From contig JAYSLY010000014.1 in NCBI GenBank assembly GCA_043725085.1, positions 2,748 to 66,747 of the forward strand: DNA of 64,000 bases, read 5' to 3'. The notes under the pieces were generated by a model. The model was not told the origin of the DNA. It searched no databases and was given only the letters and a program-made list of their open reading frames with translations. The translations under genes and the position numbers were made by a program. This DNA is from a bacterium. GTDB taxonomy: Bacteria; Patescibacteriota; Minisyncoccia; Moranbacterales; UBA2206. Below, one piece after another: positions 8,966-18,709 of the stretch (its first letter is position 1; each line of letters starts with the position of its first letter).

Positions 8966-10264
8966 TTATTTCTGAATCATTTTCACTGCGCGCCTGAGGA
9001 TTCCTGCCAGCACTTTTTCCTCTCCAACCAATTCTATGACTAAATTTGCCAGACCCATTGGGGTAATATCTTGCGGATCTCGCAATTCCCTTGTCTCATC
9101 AAATATATTGACCACATCCTTTGGTTGCAGAAAACTTACCTCCACTTCCTTGGCAAAAGGCAAATTCTTCGTCCAAGTCGAGGTCGTGAGTGCTTTTTTG
9201 ACACCCGGCAATCCCGATCCTCCGCCACACAAAAATATCTTATTTGGCAACAAGTCATTCTCGGAAAATTCAGAGAGCGACAACTCCACTCCGGAAAGCC
9301 AGACGTTGCAATCATCGGCAAACATTTTTTCAATTTTTCCTGAAACATCCTTTCCTAGTTTCCCTTCGGCATACCTGATCTTGAAGCTTTCCGCTTCTTC
9401 AAAGCCTACACTCAATTCAACTGCTAATCTTTTCGTAAACGCTCTGCCGCCCAAAGCAAACATTTTTGTTCCCTCAAGACCGCCATTTCTTACGAGCGCA
9501 ATATCAGTTGTTCCGCCGCCGATATCAATGAAAATAGCACTGAAGTCCACAATATCATCCACGCCCATTGATTTTGCCACAGCATATGGTTCGGCTGCAA
9601 TAGAGAGAAGATCGAGCTTCAATTCATCCGCGATTGTTTGCAGTGCCCCCAGGTGCACCATTGGCGCATAGGCATTAAAGACAGAGATAGAAACATCTTT
9701 TCCCTGAAAACCCAAGGGATTAGTAATTTTATACCCGTCAATCCGCACATCCACAATTGCTGCGTTGATAAGTTTTACCTCGATTTCGTTATGTCCGGTT
9801 TCCCAGGCTAATTGTTGGCGGATACGATCAAAAGCCTTCCATTGAACTTTTTGAATAATATTTTTCAGTTCCGGAAAATCGATCCGCATTTCCGGTTTAA
9901 TTCTCTCATAGTGCACTGTCGTTGTCGTGCCTTTAACCAACTCACCGGCAATGCCCACAATCGCCTTTTCCACCTTTTTTATTCCCGCCATTTGTGTTGC
10001 CGCATCAATCGCATGTCGACAATTTTCAATCACCCCGGTGATGTCAGAAACGGCCCCGCTATGCATATCTTTCAGTCCTTGTCTCGCCCGTCCAACGCCT
10101 TTTATAATCCCTGTTCCGTTTTCTGCATCAACCTTAAAAACGAGAGCTTTCACCACTTCCGTTCCAATATCAAGCGACAGATAATAATCCGACGAAGATT
10201 TCCCTGTGCTAAAAATTTTAGAAAAAATTCCCATTGAAAAAATTCTTTTTTGTATTTCACCCAA
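8966..10264 (-). CDS. ftsA: cell division protein FtsA (actin-like ATPase)
   Basis: Actin-fold phosphate motifs (LSLDIGTEVVKALVF; IDIGGGTTDIALV) are present. The ~430-aa length and a C-terminal amphipathic tail fit FtsA rather than PilM. Confidence 0.7.
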   Translation of the reverse strand: MGEIQKRIFSMGIFSKIFSTGKSSSDYYLSLDIGTEVVKALVFKVDAENGTGIIKGVGRARQGLKDMHSGAVSDITGVIENCRHAIDAATQMAGIKKVEKAIVGIAGELVKGTTTTVHYERIKPEMRIDFPELKNIIQKVQWKAFDRIRQQLAWETGHNEIEVKLINAAIVDVRIDGYKITNPLGFQGKDVSISVFNAYAPMVHLGALQTIADELKLDLLSIAAEPYAVAKSMGVDDIVDFSAIFIDIGGGTTDIALVRNGGLEGTKMFALGGRAFTKRLAVELSVGFEEAESFKIRYAEGKLGKDVSGKIEKMFADDCNVWLSGVELSLSEFSENDLLPNKIFLCGGGSGLPGVKKALTTSTWTKNLPFAKEVEVSFLQPKDVVNIFDETRELRDPQDITPMGLANLVIELVGEEKVLAGILRRAVKMIQK

Positions 10265-10307
10265 CAGCTTTATTATAAAACAAAAGGTGATTTATTACAA
10301 ATAGAAT

Positions 10308-11243
10308 CTATTGTTTTTTACGACTTTTCAAATACATCGGAAAAGCAACAAAACTGAGAAGCATCTGGAGAAATCGCCCCAAGATTGCAGCAACAATAAT
10401 GGGAGCGCTGCTTACTCCGAAAAAACCAAAAAAGGTCACGTAGGCCCATTCCTTGAGACCGATGTTATTGACTGTAACAGGAATTGCCGAAACAATTGTA
10501 ATAAGAAAAATAACCGACAGATAATTAAGAAAACTAATTTGCACACCAAGCGCTTTCAAAAGCACTAAATTTGCCATCGCCATTCCCACCATCGCAAACA
10601 AACCACCCCAAGCAATTGATTTCCACAACACACCATGATCTTGATTGTAGGCTTGCAGCTCACGAAAAAAATGACGGATTTTTTCAGGCAAAAATCTTGC
10701 GGATAGTTTTTGCAAAAAAGCAAAATTCCTGATTTTCATAATTAACAAATCCACCACCAAAAATCCGACAATCGCCAGATTAAAAAGCACTAAAACTTTG
10801 TTTTCTGCGACAACTTTCCAATTCAAAAGACTAAAAAACAAGGCCAAAATCGTAGCAGCAACAAGACCAGTCAGTCGATCCATCACCACAGTCGAAGCAG
10901 CCTCGGGATATTTTTTTTCCGGTCGGCCGATTTGATAGGCGCGATACGTGTCTCCACCAATAAAAGACGGCATAAAATTATTTACAAAAGAACCAGTCAG
11001 ATAAAACTTAAAAAAGTCCCCAAATGGACTATGAATTTTTTTGTGATTAGCCAGGATCTTCCACTTATACGACGAAATGAGCATACCAACAACTACCAAA
11101 GCCAGGTACAATACTATTTGCCAAATTTGCACACGCACAAGATAGGTCCAGGCTTCATGCCAATTAATCTTGAGAATTACCCAAGTCAAAAGTCCAAGAC
11201 TAACTAATAATTTTAGAACAAACTTTGCTATTTTTTTTGGCAT
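10308..11243 (-). CDS. lysylphosphatidylglycerol-synthase-TM-region-like (UPF0104, flippase-like) membrane protein
   Basis: The 311-aa polytopic membrane protein carries the conserved PSFIGGDTYRAY-type motif of this family, which is often linked to glycosyltransferases. Confidence 0.55.
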   Translation of the reverse strand: MPKKIAKFVLKLLVSLGLLTWVILKINWHEAWTYLVRVQIWQIVLYLALVVVGMLISSYKWKILANHKKIHSPFGDFFKFYLTGSFVNNFMPSFIGGDTYRAYQIGRPEKKYPEAASTVVMDRLTGLVAATILALFFSLLNWKVVAENKVLVLFNLAIVGFLVVDLLIMKIRNFAFLQKLSARFLPEKIRHFFRELQAYNQDHGVLWKSIAWGGLFAMVGMAMANLVLLKALGVQISFLNYLSVIFLITIVSAIPVTVNNIGLKEWAYVTFFGFFGVSSAPIIVAAILGRFLQMLLSFVAFPMYLKSRKKQ

Positions 11244-12418
11244 TATTTCTTTTTACTAATTTGTCTATACACTTCCGCATATTTCTGCGCTACATTTTCC
11301 CAGCTCATTTTCTCTGCAATTTTTCGACTTTCAATACCCATACTCTTAGTTAGCGCAGGGTCGTTGATTAATTTTTCCAGTTTTTCAGCGATATCTCCAC
11401 TGTCTTTAAATTTAACGATATAGCCATTCACACCCTCATCGATAAGCTCATCAGCTCCGCCAGTCGGAGTCATAATAATCGGCATTCCGCTAGCCATTGC
11501 TTCTAGCATATTATTACTCATTCCTTCATTGTCAGAAGGTAAAACAAAAACATCCGAAGCGCGATGATGAATCACAAACTCCGTGTTAGGCGTGACCAGA
11601 CCAGTGAAGTGGACTAAATTTTCAAGTCCAAGTTTTTTAACTTGCTCTTTCAATTCTCCCTCGGCATTGCCCTCTCCGCCAGCAATAGTCAAGCGAAGAC
11701 TGGGATACTTTTTATAAATTTTAGCAAAAGCATCAATTACATAATTAAACCCCTTTCTCCGAGAAAGCCGAGAAGCACAAAGAATCGTGAAATTTTCGTG
11801 CAATGTCGGATTCTCCAGTGGCTTAAAAATATCAGTGTAAACTCCGTTATAGATAACTCCGATTTCTTGGTGTCGGCTACTCTTCAGTGCAAGCTTTTTA
11901 ATCACAAGGCTATTAGCAATCACAGCGGCAGCCATTTTCCAGATAAACACAATCGGCCATTTAAGAATATAATAAATCCAAGTAAAACGTTCGCTATACC
12001 AAGGAACATCGGAGCCACGAAGAGAAATAATATAGGGCAAGCCAAATTCAAATCTGAGTAGCATCGACACAAATCCACAAGGCACCGTAAAAAAAGAATG
12101 TGTCAAATTATATGGCTTTTTTTCTAAGCTTGCCTTTTTGATTAATTTTCTTGCAAATATGAAGGCTTTCCAAGAATACACAATTAAATCTTTTTGCGAT
12201 TGATACATCGCATTTTCACTATTTTTCCCAATCGGCAAAAGATGAACACGAATATTTTCACTGATTTTATATAGATGATATTCGCTATTAAAAGAAGAAC
12301 TAACGAAATCAACTTCCAAACCGGAAAGTTTAGCATATTCTTTTAATATGCTCTTGGACGCATTCGCCGCTCCCCCGCCCAAAGGCGGATACTCATAGTT
12401 GAAAAATAATATTTTCAT
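11243..12418 (-). CDS. glycosyltransferase family 4 (GT-B)
   Basis: It has the GT4 N-terminus (MKILFFNYEYPPLGGGA) and a C-terminal E..E-type GT-B motif region. Confidence 0.8.
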   Translation of the reverse strand: MKILFFNYEYPPLGGGAANASKSILKEYAKLSGLEVDFVSSSFNSEYHLYKISENIRVHLLPIGKNSENAMYQSQKDLIVYSWKAFIFARKLIKKASLEKKPYNLTHSFFTVPCGFVSMLLRFEFGLPYIISLRGSDVPWYSERFTWIYYILKWPIVFIWKMAAAVIANSLVIKKLALKSSRHQEIGVIYNGVYTDIFKPLENPTLHENFTILCASRLSRRKGFNYVIDAFAKIYKKYPSLRLTIAGGEGNAEGELKEQVKKLGLENLVHFTGLVTPNTEFVIHHRASDVFVLPSDNEGMSNNMLEAMASGMPIIMTPTGGADELIDEGVNGYIVKFKDSGDIAEKLEKLINDPALTKSMGIESRKIAEKMSWENVAQKYAEVYRQISKKK

Positions 12419-12427
12419 AAATTGAGA

Positions 12428-13762
12428 TTACAAAGAAGCGCGACCGATTGAATGATATTCGAAGCCCTGTTCTTTCATTTTCTTTGGATCATACAGAAGG
12501 CGTCCATCAAAAACCACGGGTTGTTTTAGGCGTTTTTTTATCTCATCAAAATCAACACTGCGAAATTCTTTCCACTCCGTGATGATGAGCAGCGCATCAG
12601 AATGATCAATTGCATCATATTTACTTTCAAAATAAGCAATGTTTTCATTGTCGCCAAAATATTGAGGAGTTTTGGCCATATTCATTGCCTCCGGATCATG
12701 CGCTTGGATTTTTGCCCCGCGCGCGATAAGATCGTTGATAATCGTTATAGCAGCGGATTCGCGCATATCGTCAGTTCCCGCCTTGAACGCCAAACCCCAA
12801 ACAGAAAACGTCTTGCCTTTCAGATCCTCGCCAAATTTGTCGACTACCATGTTGCTGAGAACGTGTTTTTGTTTTTCGTTCGTCGCAAGAGTTTGTCGAA
12901 ACATTTCCGCATCATAGTTGTAATCTTTGGCAATTTTCACCAGTGCTTTGACGTCTTTCGGAAAGCAACTACCTCCAAATCCCACTGAAGCATAGATAAA
13001 CGCTTCACCGATTCTTGGATCGGCACCAATCGCTTTTCTGATGTGATCAAAGTCTGCCCCGACACGAGCACAGATATTAGCCAGCTCATTACTAAGTGAA
13101 ACTTTAGCCGCCAAAAAACTATTGGCCGCATATTTGACAGTCTCGGCTGTTTTGGGGTCCATGGCAAAAAAACGGCTTTCTCTGCGCATAAATGGCCCAT
13201 ACAATTCTCGCATTGTTTCAATTACAACCGGGTCATCTGCCCCAATGACCACTCGGCTAGGCTCCATAAAATCCTTAACAGCTGTTCCTTGAGCCAAAAA
13301 TTCCGGATTACTGACAACGTGAAAAGGAATATCAGATCCACGCTTTGCTTGCTCTTCAGCAATTGTTTTTCTAACTAACTCAGCAGTGCCAACAGGCACG
13401 GTTGATTTGTCCACCACAATCAATGGATGGTCGATTATTTGCCCGATTGAACGAGCCACGTCGAGCACATGGGTGAGATCAGCGCTACCATCTTCATTGG
13501 GCGGAGTCCCAACAGCAATAAAAAGAATGTTGCTAGCCTTTAGGGCTTCCTCAAAATTAGTGGTGAAACGCAAAGTCTTCGCCTTGAGATTTTCCCTAAC
13601 CAATTCATCCAAATCATCCTCATGCAACGGCACATTACCGGAACTAAACTGATCAATTTTTTTCTGATCCTTGTCAACACAAATAACTGTATTGCCCATC
13701 TCAGCAAAACACGCTCCCGTAACCGAACCAACATAACCTGTTCCAATGACTGCGATCTTCAT
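12428..13762 (-). CDS. ugd: UDP-glucose 6-dehydrogenase / nucleotide-sugar dehydrogenase
   Basis: A Rossmann N-terminus (MKIAVIGTGYVGSV) and the catalytic-Cys motif GFGGSCFPKD are present in a 444-aa ORF. Confidence 0.85.
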   Translation of the reverse strand: MKIAVIGTGYVGSVTGACFAEMGNTVICVDKDQKKIDQFSSGNVPLHEDDLDELVRENLKAKTLRFTTNFEEALKASNILFIAVGTPPNEDGSADLTHVLDVARSIGQIIDHPLIVVDKSTVPVGTAELVRKTIAEEQAKRGSDIPFHVVSNPEFLAQGTAVKDFMEPSRVVIGADDPVVIETMRELYGPFMRRESRFFAMDPKTAETVKYAANSFLAAKVSLSNELANICARVGADFDHIRKAIGADPRIGEAFIYASVGFGGSCFPKDVKALVKIAKDYNYDAEMFRQTLATNEKQKHVLSNMVVDKFGEDLKGKTFSVWGLAFKAGTDDMRESAAITIINDLIARGAKIQAHDPEAMNMAKTPQYFGDNENIAYFESKYDAIDHSDALLIITEWKEFRSVDFDEIKKRLKQPVVFDGRLLYDPKKMKEQGFEYHSIGRASL

Positions 13763-13830
13763 GGTTTCTCTACGAATTACAAATTTGTACGAATGTACGA
13801 ATCCGCACTCGCCTAATTAATAAATTATTT

Positions 13831-14769
13831 TTAGCTTTCAATTATTTCTTTAATCGAATAATTCATATGTCCTTGGCTCTTGTAGTAATTCTTAATAAGG
13901 ATATCGGCGAGAAGTCCGAAAATGAAAAGTTGGATTCCAACGAGCACTAAAAATATTCCAACGAGTGGCCAGATCCTGTCTGAAAGCGAAGCATGAAAGA
14001 AGATCTTATCAATCATCATCCAAACTAAGATTAAAAACCCGACAAAAGACAAGACGATTCCACTGCCGCCAAAAAGATGAAGCGGCCGATTGGCATATTT
14101 GCGCCAAAACCAAATCGAAATCATATCTACAAAACCTTTCATGCCACGACGCCAGTTATATTTTGTTATGCCGTGCACACGAGGATGATGAGATACCTTC
14201 ACTTCTCCAACCCTATAACCCTGCATTTCCAAAATTGCCGGAATGAAACGATGCATCTCACCAAACAAGTCAACATCCTTAAAGCATTCTCGCTTATACG
14301 CCTTAAGACTACAGCCGCTATCATGAATTTTATCTTGAATTAAAATCTTGCGCAAAAAATTCGCCGCGCGCGAAAAAACTTTTTTGGAGAAACTATCTTT
14401 TCTTTGCCAACGCCAACCAGCTACCACGTCATAACCCTTATCCATCTCTTCCAAAAGCAAAGGAATATCAGCCGGGTCATTTTGCAAATCGCCATCCATC
14501 ATAATAATAACCTCGCCCGAAGACGCTTTAATGCCAGCATCAAAAGCAGCGGTTTGACCGAAATTTTTGCGAAATTTAATCAGCCGCAATGGCGTCAAGC
14601 CCTTGCATTCCTCAACTGTTGCATCCTGAGAACCATCATCAATAAAAATAATTTCATAATTCTTGCCCAACTCTGTGCAAGCCGCTTTGATTCGCCTGTG
14701 CATCTCAATAACATTTCCGGCTTCATTTTTGAGCGGAATAATGACAGAAAGGTCTTTTTTTTCTTCCAT
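13831..14769 (-). CDS. GT2 polyprenyl-phosphate sugar synthase (Dpm1/GtrB-like)
   Basis: A GT2 catalytic domain (DDGSQD, DGDLQ) is followed by two C-terminal TM helices, as in DPM1, GtrB and ArnC. Confidence 0.75.
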   Translation of the reverse strand: MEEKKDLSVIIPLKNEAGNVIEMHRRIKAACTELGKNYEIIFIDDGSQDATVEECKGLTPLRLIKFRKNFGQTAAFDAGIKASSGEVIIMMDGDLQNDPADIPLLLEEMDKGYDVVAGWRWQRKDSFSKKVFSRAANFLRKILIQDKIHDSGCSLKAYKRECFKDVDLFGEMHRFIPAILEMQGYRVGEVKVSHHPRVHGITKYNWRRGMKGFVDMISIWFWRKYANRPLHLFGGSGIVLSFVGFLILVWMMIDKIFFHASLSDRIWPLVGIFLVLVGIQLFIFGLLADILIKNYYKSQGHMNYSIKEIIES

Positions 14770-14792
14770 AAACCAAATTGGTTAATATTTAG

Positions 14793-15164
14793 TTAATTCT
14801 TAGCCATTATAGCACTCTCTTTTTCGTCATGCAATTCATAAAAAGCCAGCACGGCTGTAAAAATCATAAGATAATAGGCCCAAATTGCGCTTGTTTCGGC
14901 CCAACTGTCTTGCTTGATTGCAAGCAAAATTGCTGTCGCGACGAGAAAAACAATGGCACCGATTGCGGAAAAGCGACTTGCAATCGGATGAATAATCAAT
15001 ATAATGAACAGAATAAAAAATACGAAATTAGCAGTTTCCCATTGGAAATACCAGCCCAAAAAAAATGCCGCCAAAAGCACAAAAACTTCAAGCATTTTTC
15101 CTCCCAGGGTTTTTTGTGAAAATTCTTTAAGCATATTTTGCAATATTAGCATTTTATTCATCAA
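14793..15164 (-). CDS. small polytopic membrane protein (possibly GtrA-like)
   Basis: The 123-aa ORF has ~3-4 TM helices and lies directly downstream of the GtrB-like GT2. No diagnostic motif was recognised. Confidence 0.3.
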   Translation of the reverse strand: MMNKMLILQNMLKEFSQKTLGGKMLEVFVLLAAFFLGWYFQWETANFVFFILFIILIIHPIASRFSAIGAIVFLVATAILLAIKQDSWAETSAIWAYYLMIFTAVLAFYELHDEKESAIMAKN

Positions 15165-15173
15165 AACAAATAT

Positions 15174-16844
15174 CTATTTGATCCTCAAATCTGCGGTGAT
15201 TTGTAAATTTTTTAGCGAGAAAGAGCGACCCTTACTAGTATCATTTGGATCATAGGTAATCTTGAAATAAACCGTTCGGACATCTTTTGTCGGAACGATA
15301 TCCGCATTAAAGACTTGCGCGGTTTCCTGTGTTGCCACATCACTTTGACCACTGGAGTTATCAGCAGAATTGTTATTATCACTATTATTGTCAGAATTGC
15401 CACTATCCGCGCCGCTTGATTGATCGAGAGGCAAGCTACCAATAGCATTACTAACAGCTTCTGATTTTTCCGAGAAAGGCAAATCAACCCAGCTGTTTTG
15501 ATCGAAAGAATAGCTCACTTTGACATTTTTCCAGCCTGCCTTGAGTTGCTTGGCGGAAAAATTCATCTTGCTAATGGGATAGAGAGTGTTAACGTCATAG
15601 CTAAAACTTGCATTATTGAGAGCCGGGGCATAGATAGCCTTATCACCATCACTAAACGCTGTCCCGAGAGAGGCGGTTTCCAGATCAAACAGATCAATAA
15701 ATTTCCCATTGGTAGCATAGGAATATTTGCCGATTCCCTTGCCTAAATCCTCAATCTTGGCACCATTCAAAATTCTCACCCCGTTTTCCAAAGAAAGATC
15801 TGCCCCATAAATCTTAAAATATAAATCGCCATCAATCGGATAGAGCTCCTTGCCTTTTCTCATCACAGCTGAACCGTCGGGATAGCTGCTATCGTCCTTG
15901 CCTCCCTTGAATTCCAAATAATTTTGATCACTGACTTCCACTTTCGAGTTATCAATACTAATAAGATAATATTTATCTTTTTGAAGCGCGCCATACATCG
16001 GGAAAAGAAATGTGCCATCAATCTGACGATATTTTTCAATACCACTAATCGAAAAAGGGCTGTCAGCAATCACCGGACCATTTAGGGAAACTTTTTCTCC
16101 ATCATAATTAACTTCTCGCAAACTTAAATCATATTGTCGATTGCCGGGATTGAGATTTTTGTTTATATCAATCTTAAGCGCTACACCGGAAATAATATCG
16201 TCTTTCGCTTGAAAAACTTGCCCAAGCATAGTTTTTGCTTCTTTAAGCCAGGGGAAAGAGTAATCGGAAACCGACTGACTAATTTTGACCGTATCTATAT
16301 TCGTCTCGCCTATGACAGTTTTTTTCATTGACGCCAGCTCAGCTTGGCTGGTAATATTGAGCTTAGTGATGCTTTCCATTTCAATAAAAGTGTTTCCCGC
16401 CGAATTGAGATTTTCTTTTTGAAACAGCAAACTATCGAAACCATCCGGCAAAAAGAAAAAGGCTTCTTGTTTTTGAAATTGAGCCGAAGGGCTAAGCACC
16501 AGTTCTTCAATTTGATTTTCTTTTTCGGTGTACGTGCTCAACTTTAACAATACTTTTTCCGCCTGATCCGATTTTGCGCGAAAAGTTAGGCGATAATAAC
16601 CGGATTCTTGATTTTTGAATAAATCGTCAACATAGTAATAGCCAGTATCTTGTGATAGTTGCGGTTTTTCCGGCGAGCTGGTTAAGCATTTTCCATTAGC
16701 ACATGATTCAGCGGTTTTTTTGTAATTGGCGTAAAGCGCATAATTAACCAGCAGGGCTAAAAATAAAAAAGCCAGCGCAAAAAAGCTGCGTTTTTCTTTT
16801 TTCACAAAGCTCAAGGTTTTTTGATAATTCCAGTTTTTCATCAT
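15174..16844 (-). CDS. hypothetical membrane-anchored secreted protein
   Basis: The 556-aa ORF has an N-terminal TM/signal anchor and a D/N/S-rich low-complexity stretch near residue 480. Confidence 0.4.
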   Translation of the reverse strand: MMKNWNYQKTLSFVKKEKRSFFALAFLFLALLVNYALYANYKKTAESCANGKCLTSSPEKPQLSQDTGYYYVDDLFKNQESGYYRLTFRAKSDQAEKVLLKLSTYTEKENQIEELVLSPSAQFQKQEAFFFLPDGFDSLLFQKENLNSAGNTFIEMESITKLNITSQAELASMKKTVIGETNIDTVKISQSVSDYSFPWLKEAKTMLGQVFQAKDDIISGVALKIDINKNLNPGNRQYDLSLREVNYDGEKVSLNGPVIADSPFSISGIEKYRQIDGTFLFPMYGALQKDKYYLISIDNSKVEVSDQNYLEFKGGKDDSSYPDGSAVMRKGKELYPIDGDLYFKIYGADLSLENGVRILNGAKIEDLGKGIGKYSYATNGKFIDLFDLETASLGTAFSDGDKAIYAPALNNASFSYDVNTLYPISKMNFSAKQLKAGWKNVKVSYSFDQNSWVDLPFSEKSEAVSNAIGSLPLDQSSGADSGNSDNNSDNNNSADNSSGQSDVATQETAQVFNADIVPTKDVRTVYFKITYDPNDTSKGRSFSLKNLQITADLRIK

Positions 16845-16904
16845 GTTCTAATATTCTCCAGCTTTATTATAATAGCCTAATTATACCCAAAAAACAAGCG
16901 AACT

Positions 16905-18683
16905 TTACCCTCCAAATGCATCACGCCAGATTGTTTGCTGAGGTATGCGGATATATTCAAAACTGTCAGGCAACTTCGGCACATCAATGTCTGTTACCCT
17001 GTCTGTCCTGGGAGTTAACTCATACAGAGTAATTGTTCCAAAGTCCTTCTTGCTTAAAATTTCATAATCTTGTAAATATGCCTTCAAGCCACCAACTCTT
17101 CTTGTTCTAAATATTGCAAAATTATTGGCATGCAGAAAAACCTTGCCTTTCTCGAGCGGACCGGAAGGAGCACCCATTTTTTCCGTTAGATACATAAATG
17201 AACGAAAATACAATAACTCACTATCCATAAGAACGGGGTAATGGTTTTCTTGATAACTATTAGCCATTGCTCGGGATACGGCTTCGAATTGCCTTAATGA
17301 AACTCGCTCCGGTTCTTTTAGGATGCGATCAGAATGAACAGGAATCAATTTTTCACCGGCACCTGCTAAATCCGAAAATCTTTGCAAAATTCTCGAAAAA
17401 TTAGTATAAGAGAACAAAAGGATGATGCATAAAAAAATAATCTTAGCAATAAGTGAATTTTTTTGCCAAATAAATTCTATGATATTCCCCAGAAAAAAGA
17501 ACGGGAGCGGAGCAACCAAAAGATAGAAGCGCGGCTCAAGAGAAATCCGCGTAAAAATCAAAAATGTCACCAGAAAGAATAGCCCGATAATAATTATTGT
17601 TTTTTTTCTTTTAACCATCTGCCAAATAAGCAGAAGCACCCCAAAAAGAAAAAACCCGATTGCCGAATATGACAACCAATGACTAGTTTTTTTGCAAGAA
17701 TTTTTGCAAGAAACATCAATCCAACCGTCCTTAAATCTTATCTCCGGCGTCCAAATCCGATCATTGCCGCTTAGAATCATGGCGTAGCTTTCTGCGCCGG
17801 AACGAACGGTGTTAATCGTTTTTACTGAAAATGAATCCGTATGCTCCGTCTTTGTCGCAAATGCTTGGACAAATTGCCTTGTATTAAATCCCTTCATTAC
17901 CACATCACTGACTACCACCGGAATGTAAAACATCACAACAATACCAACACTCGCTAGCCAAACTTTCCAAGAAAACTTTGGACGCATATATAGAAGATAT
18001 GCCACTAGAAAAATTGGCAAAGCGAAGAAAGCAACAAAGTGAAGCTGTGTCGCTATGCAAAAAAGAATCATGCAAATAACAAACCATCGGCCCGGATGCT
18101 TTGTTTTTTTCTCAGTTGCACGCAACAGACAATAAATTCCCACTATCACAAAAAATGGCAAAAGATTTGGATTCCAGCCAAAGCGAGAATAGATTACCAT
18201 GAAAAAACTGATTGAATACAGATAGGCCAGACCAAGCGAGATTGTAGTGTTAAAAAATTTTTTTGAAAGCATATATAGACCCAGAACTGATGCAATCGAA
18301 AAAATCGCTACAAAATAGGCATGCCCCTGGGGCGTATCGCCAAAAACAAAGGCGCTAACATACTCAAAATAATAATATATCGGCCCGACACGCAACTGGG
18401 TGCCGTCCGCCCGAGGACCCATCATCGGCAGACTACCCAGCCCTTTTTTCAATGCTTCGGAAACCAAAATATTGTCCCGCGACTGATCAAATTCATAGTG
18501 TAACCAATCTGCAAAATGGAAGAGTCTGAGCCACGCAGAAAGCAGAATAATTACTACAATAATCCATACATGCCAATACTGCCTATTGAACAATGTTTTT
18601 AATTTAAGATTCTTTCCACCAAATTTTTGACGACAGTCTGCGACAAACCCATTCAATCCGGTTAGTAAATTTTGTTTTTTCAT
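16905..18683 (-). CDS. GT-C family glycosyltransferase (ArnT/PMT-like, polyprenyl-P-sugar dependent)
   Basis: The 592-aa protein has an ~400-aa polytopic N-domain carrying a DxSRD loop motif (YEFDQSRDNILVSE) and a C-terminal soluble domain. Confidence 0.55.
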   Translation of the reverse strand: MKKQNLLTGLNGFVADCRQKFGGKNLKLKTLFNRQYWHVWIIVVIILLSAWLRLFHFADWLHYEFDQSRDNILVSEALKKGLGSLPMMGPRADGTQLRVGPIYYYFEYVSAFVFGDTPQGHAYFVAIFSIASVLGLYMLSKKFFNTTISLGLAYLYSISFFMVIYSRFGWNPNLLPFFVIVGIYCLLRATEKKTKHPGRWFVICMILFCIATQLHFVAFFALPIFLVAYLLYMRPKFSWKVWLASVGIVVMFYIPVVVSDVVMKGFNTRQFVQAFATKTEHTDSFSVKTINTVRSGAESYAMILSGNDRIWTPEIRFKDGWIDVSCKNSCKKTSHWLSYSAIGFFLFGVLLLIWQMVKRKKTIIIIGLFFLVTFLIFTRISLEPRFYLLVAPLPFFFLGNIIEFIWQKNSLIAKIIFLCIILLFSYTNFSRILQRFSDLAGAGEKLIPVHSDRILKEPERVSLRQFEAVSRAMANSYQENHYPVLMDSELLYFRSFMYLTEKMGAPSGPLEKGKVFLHANNFAIFRTRRVGGLKAYLQDYEILSKKDFGTITLYELTPRTDRVTDIDVPKLPDSFEYIRIPQQTIWRDAFGG

Positions 18684-18709
18684 ATATACACCTTACGTTT
18701 TATTATTAC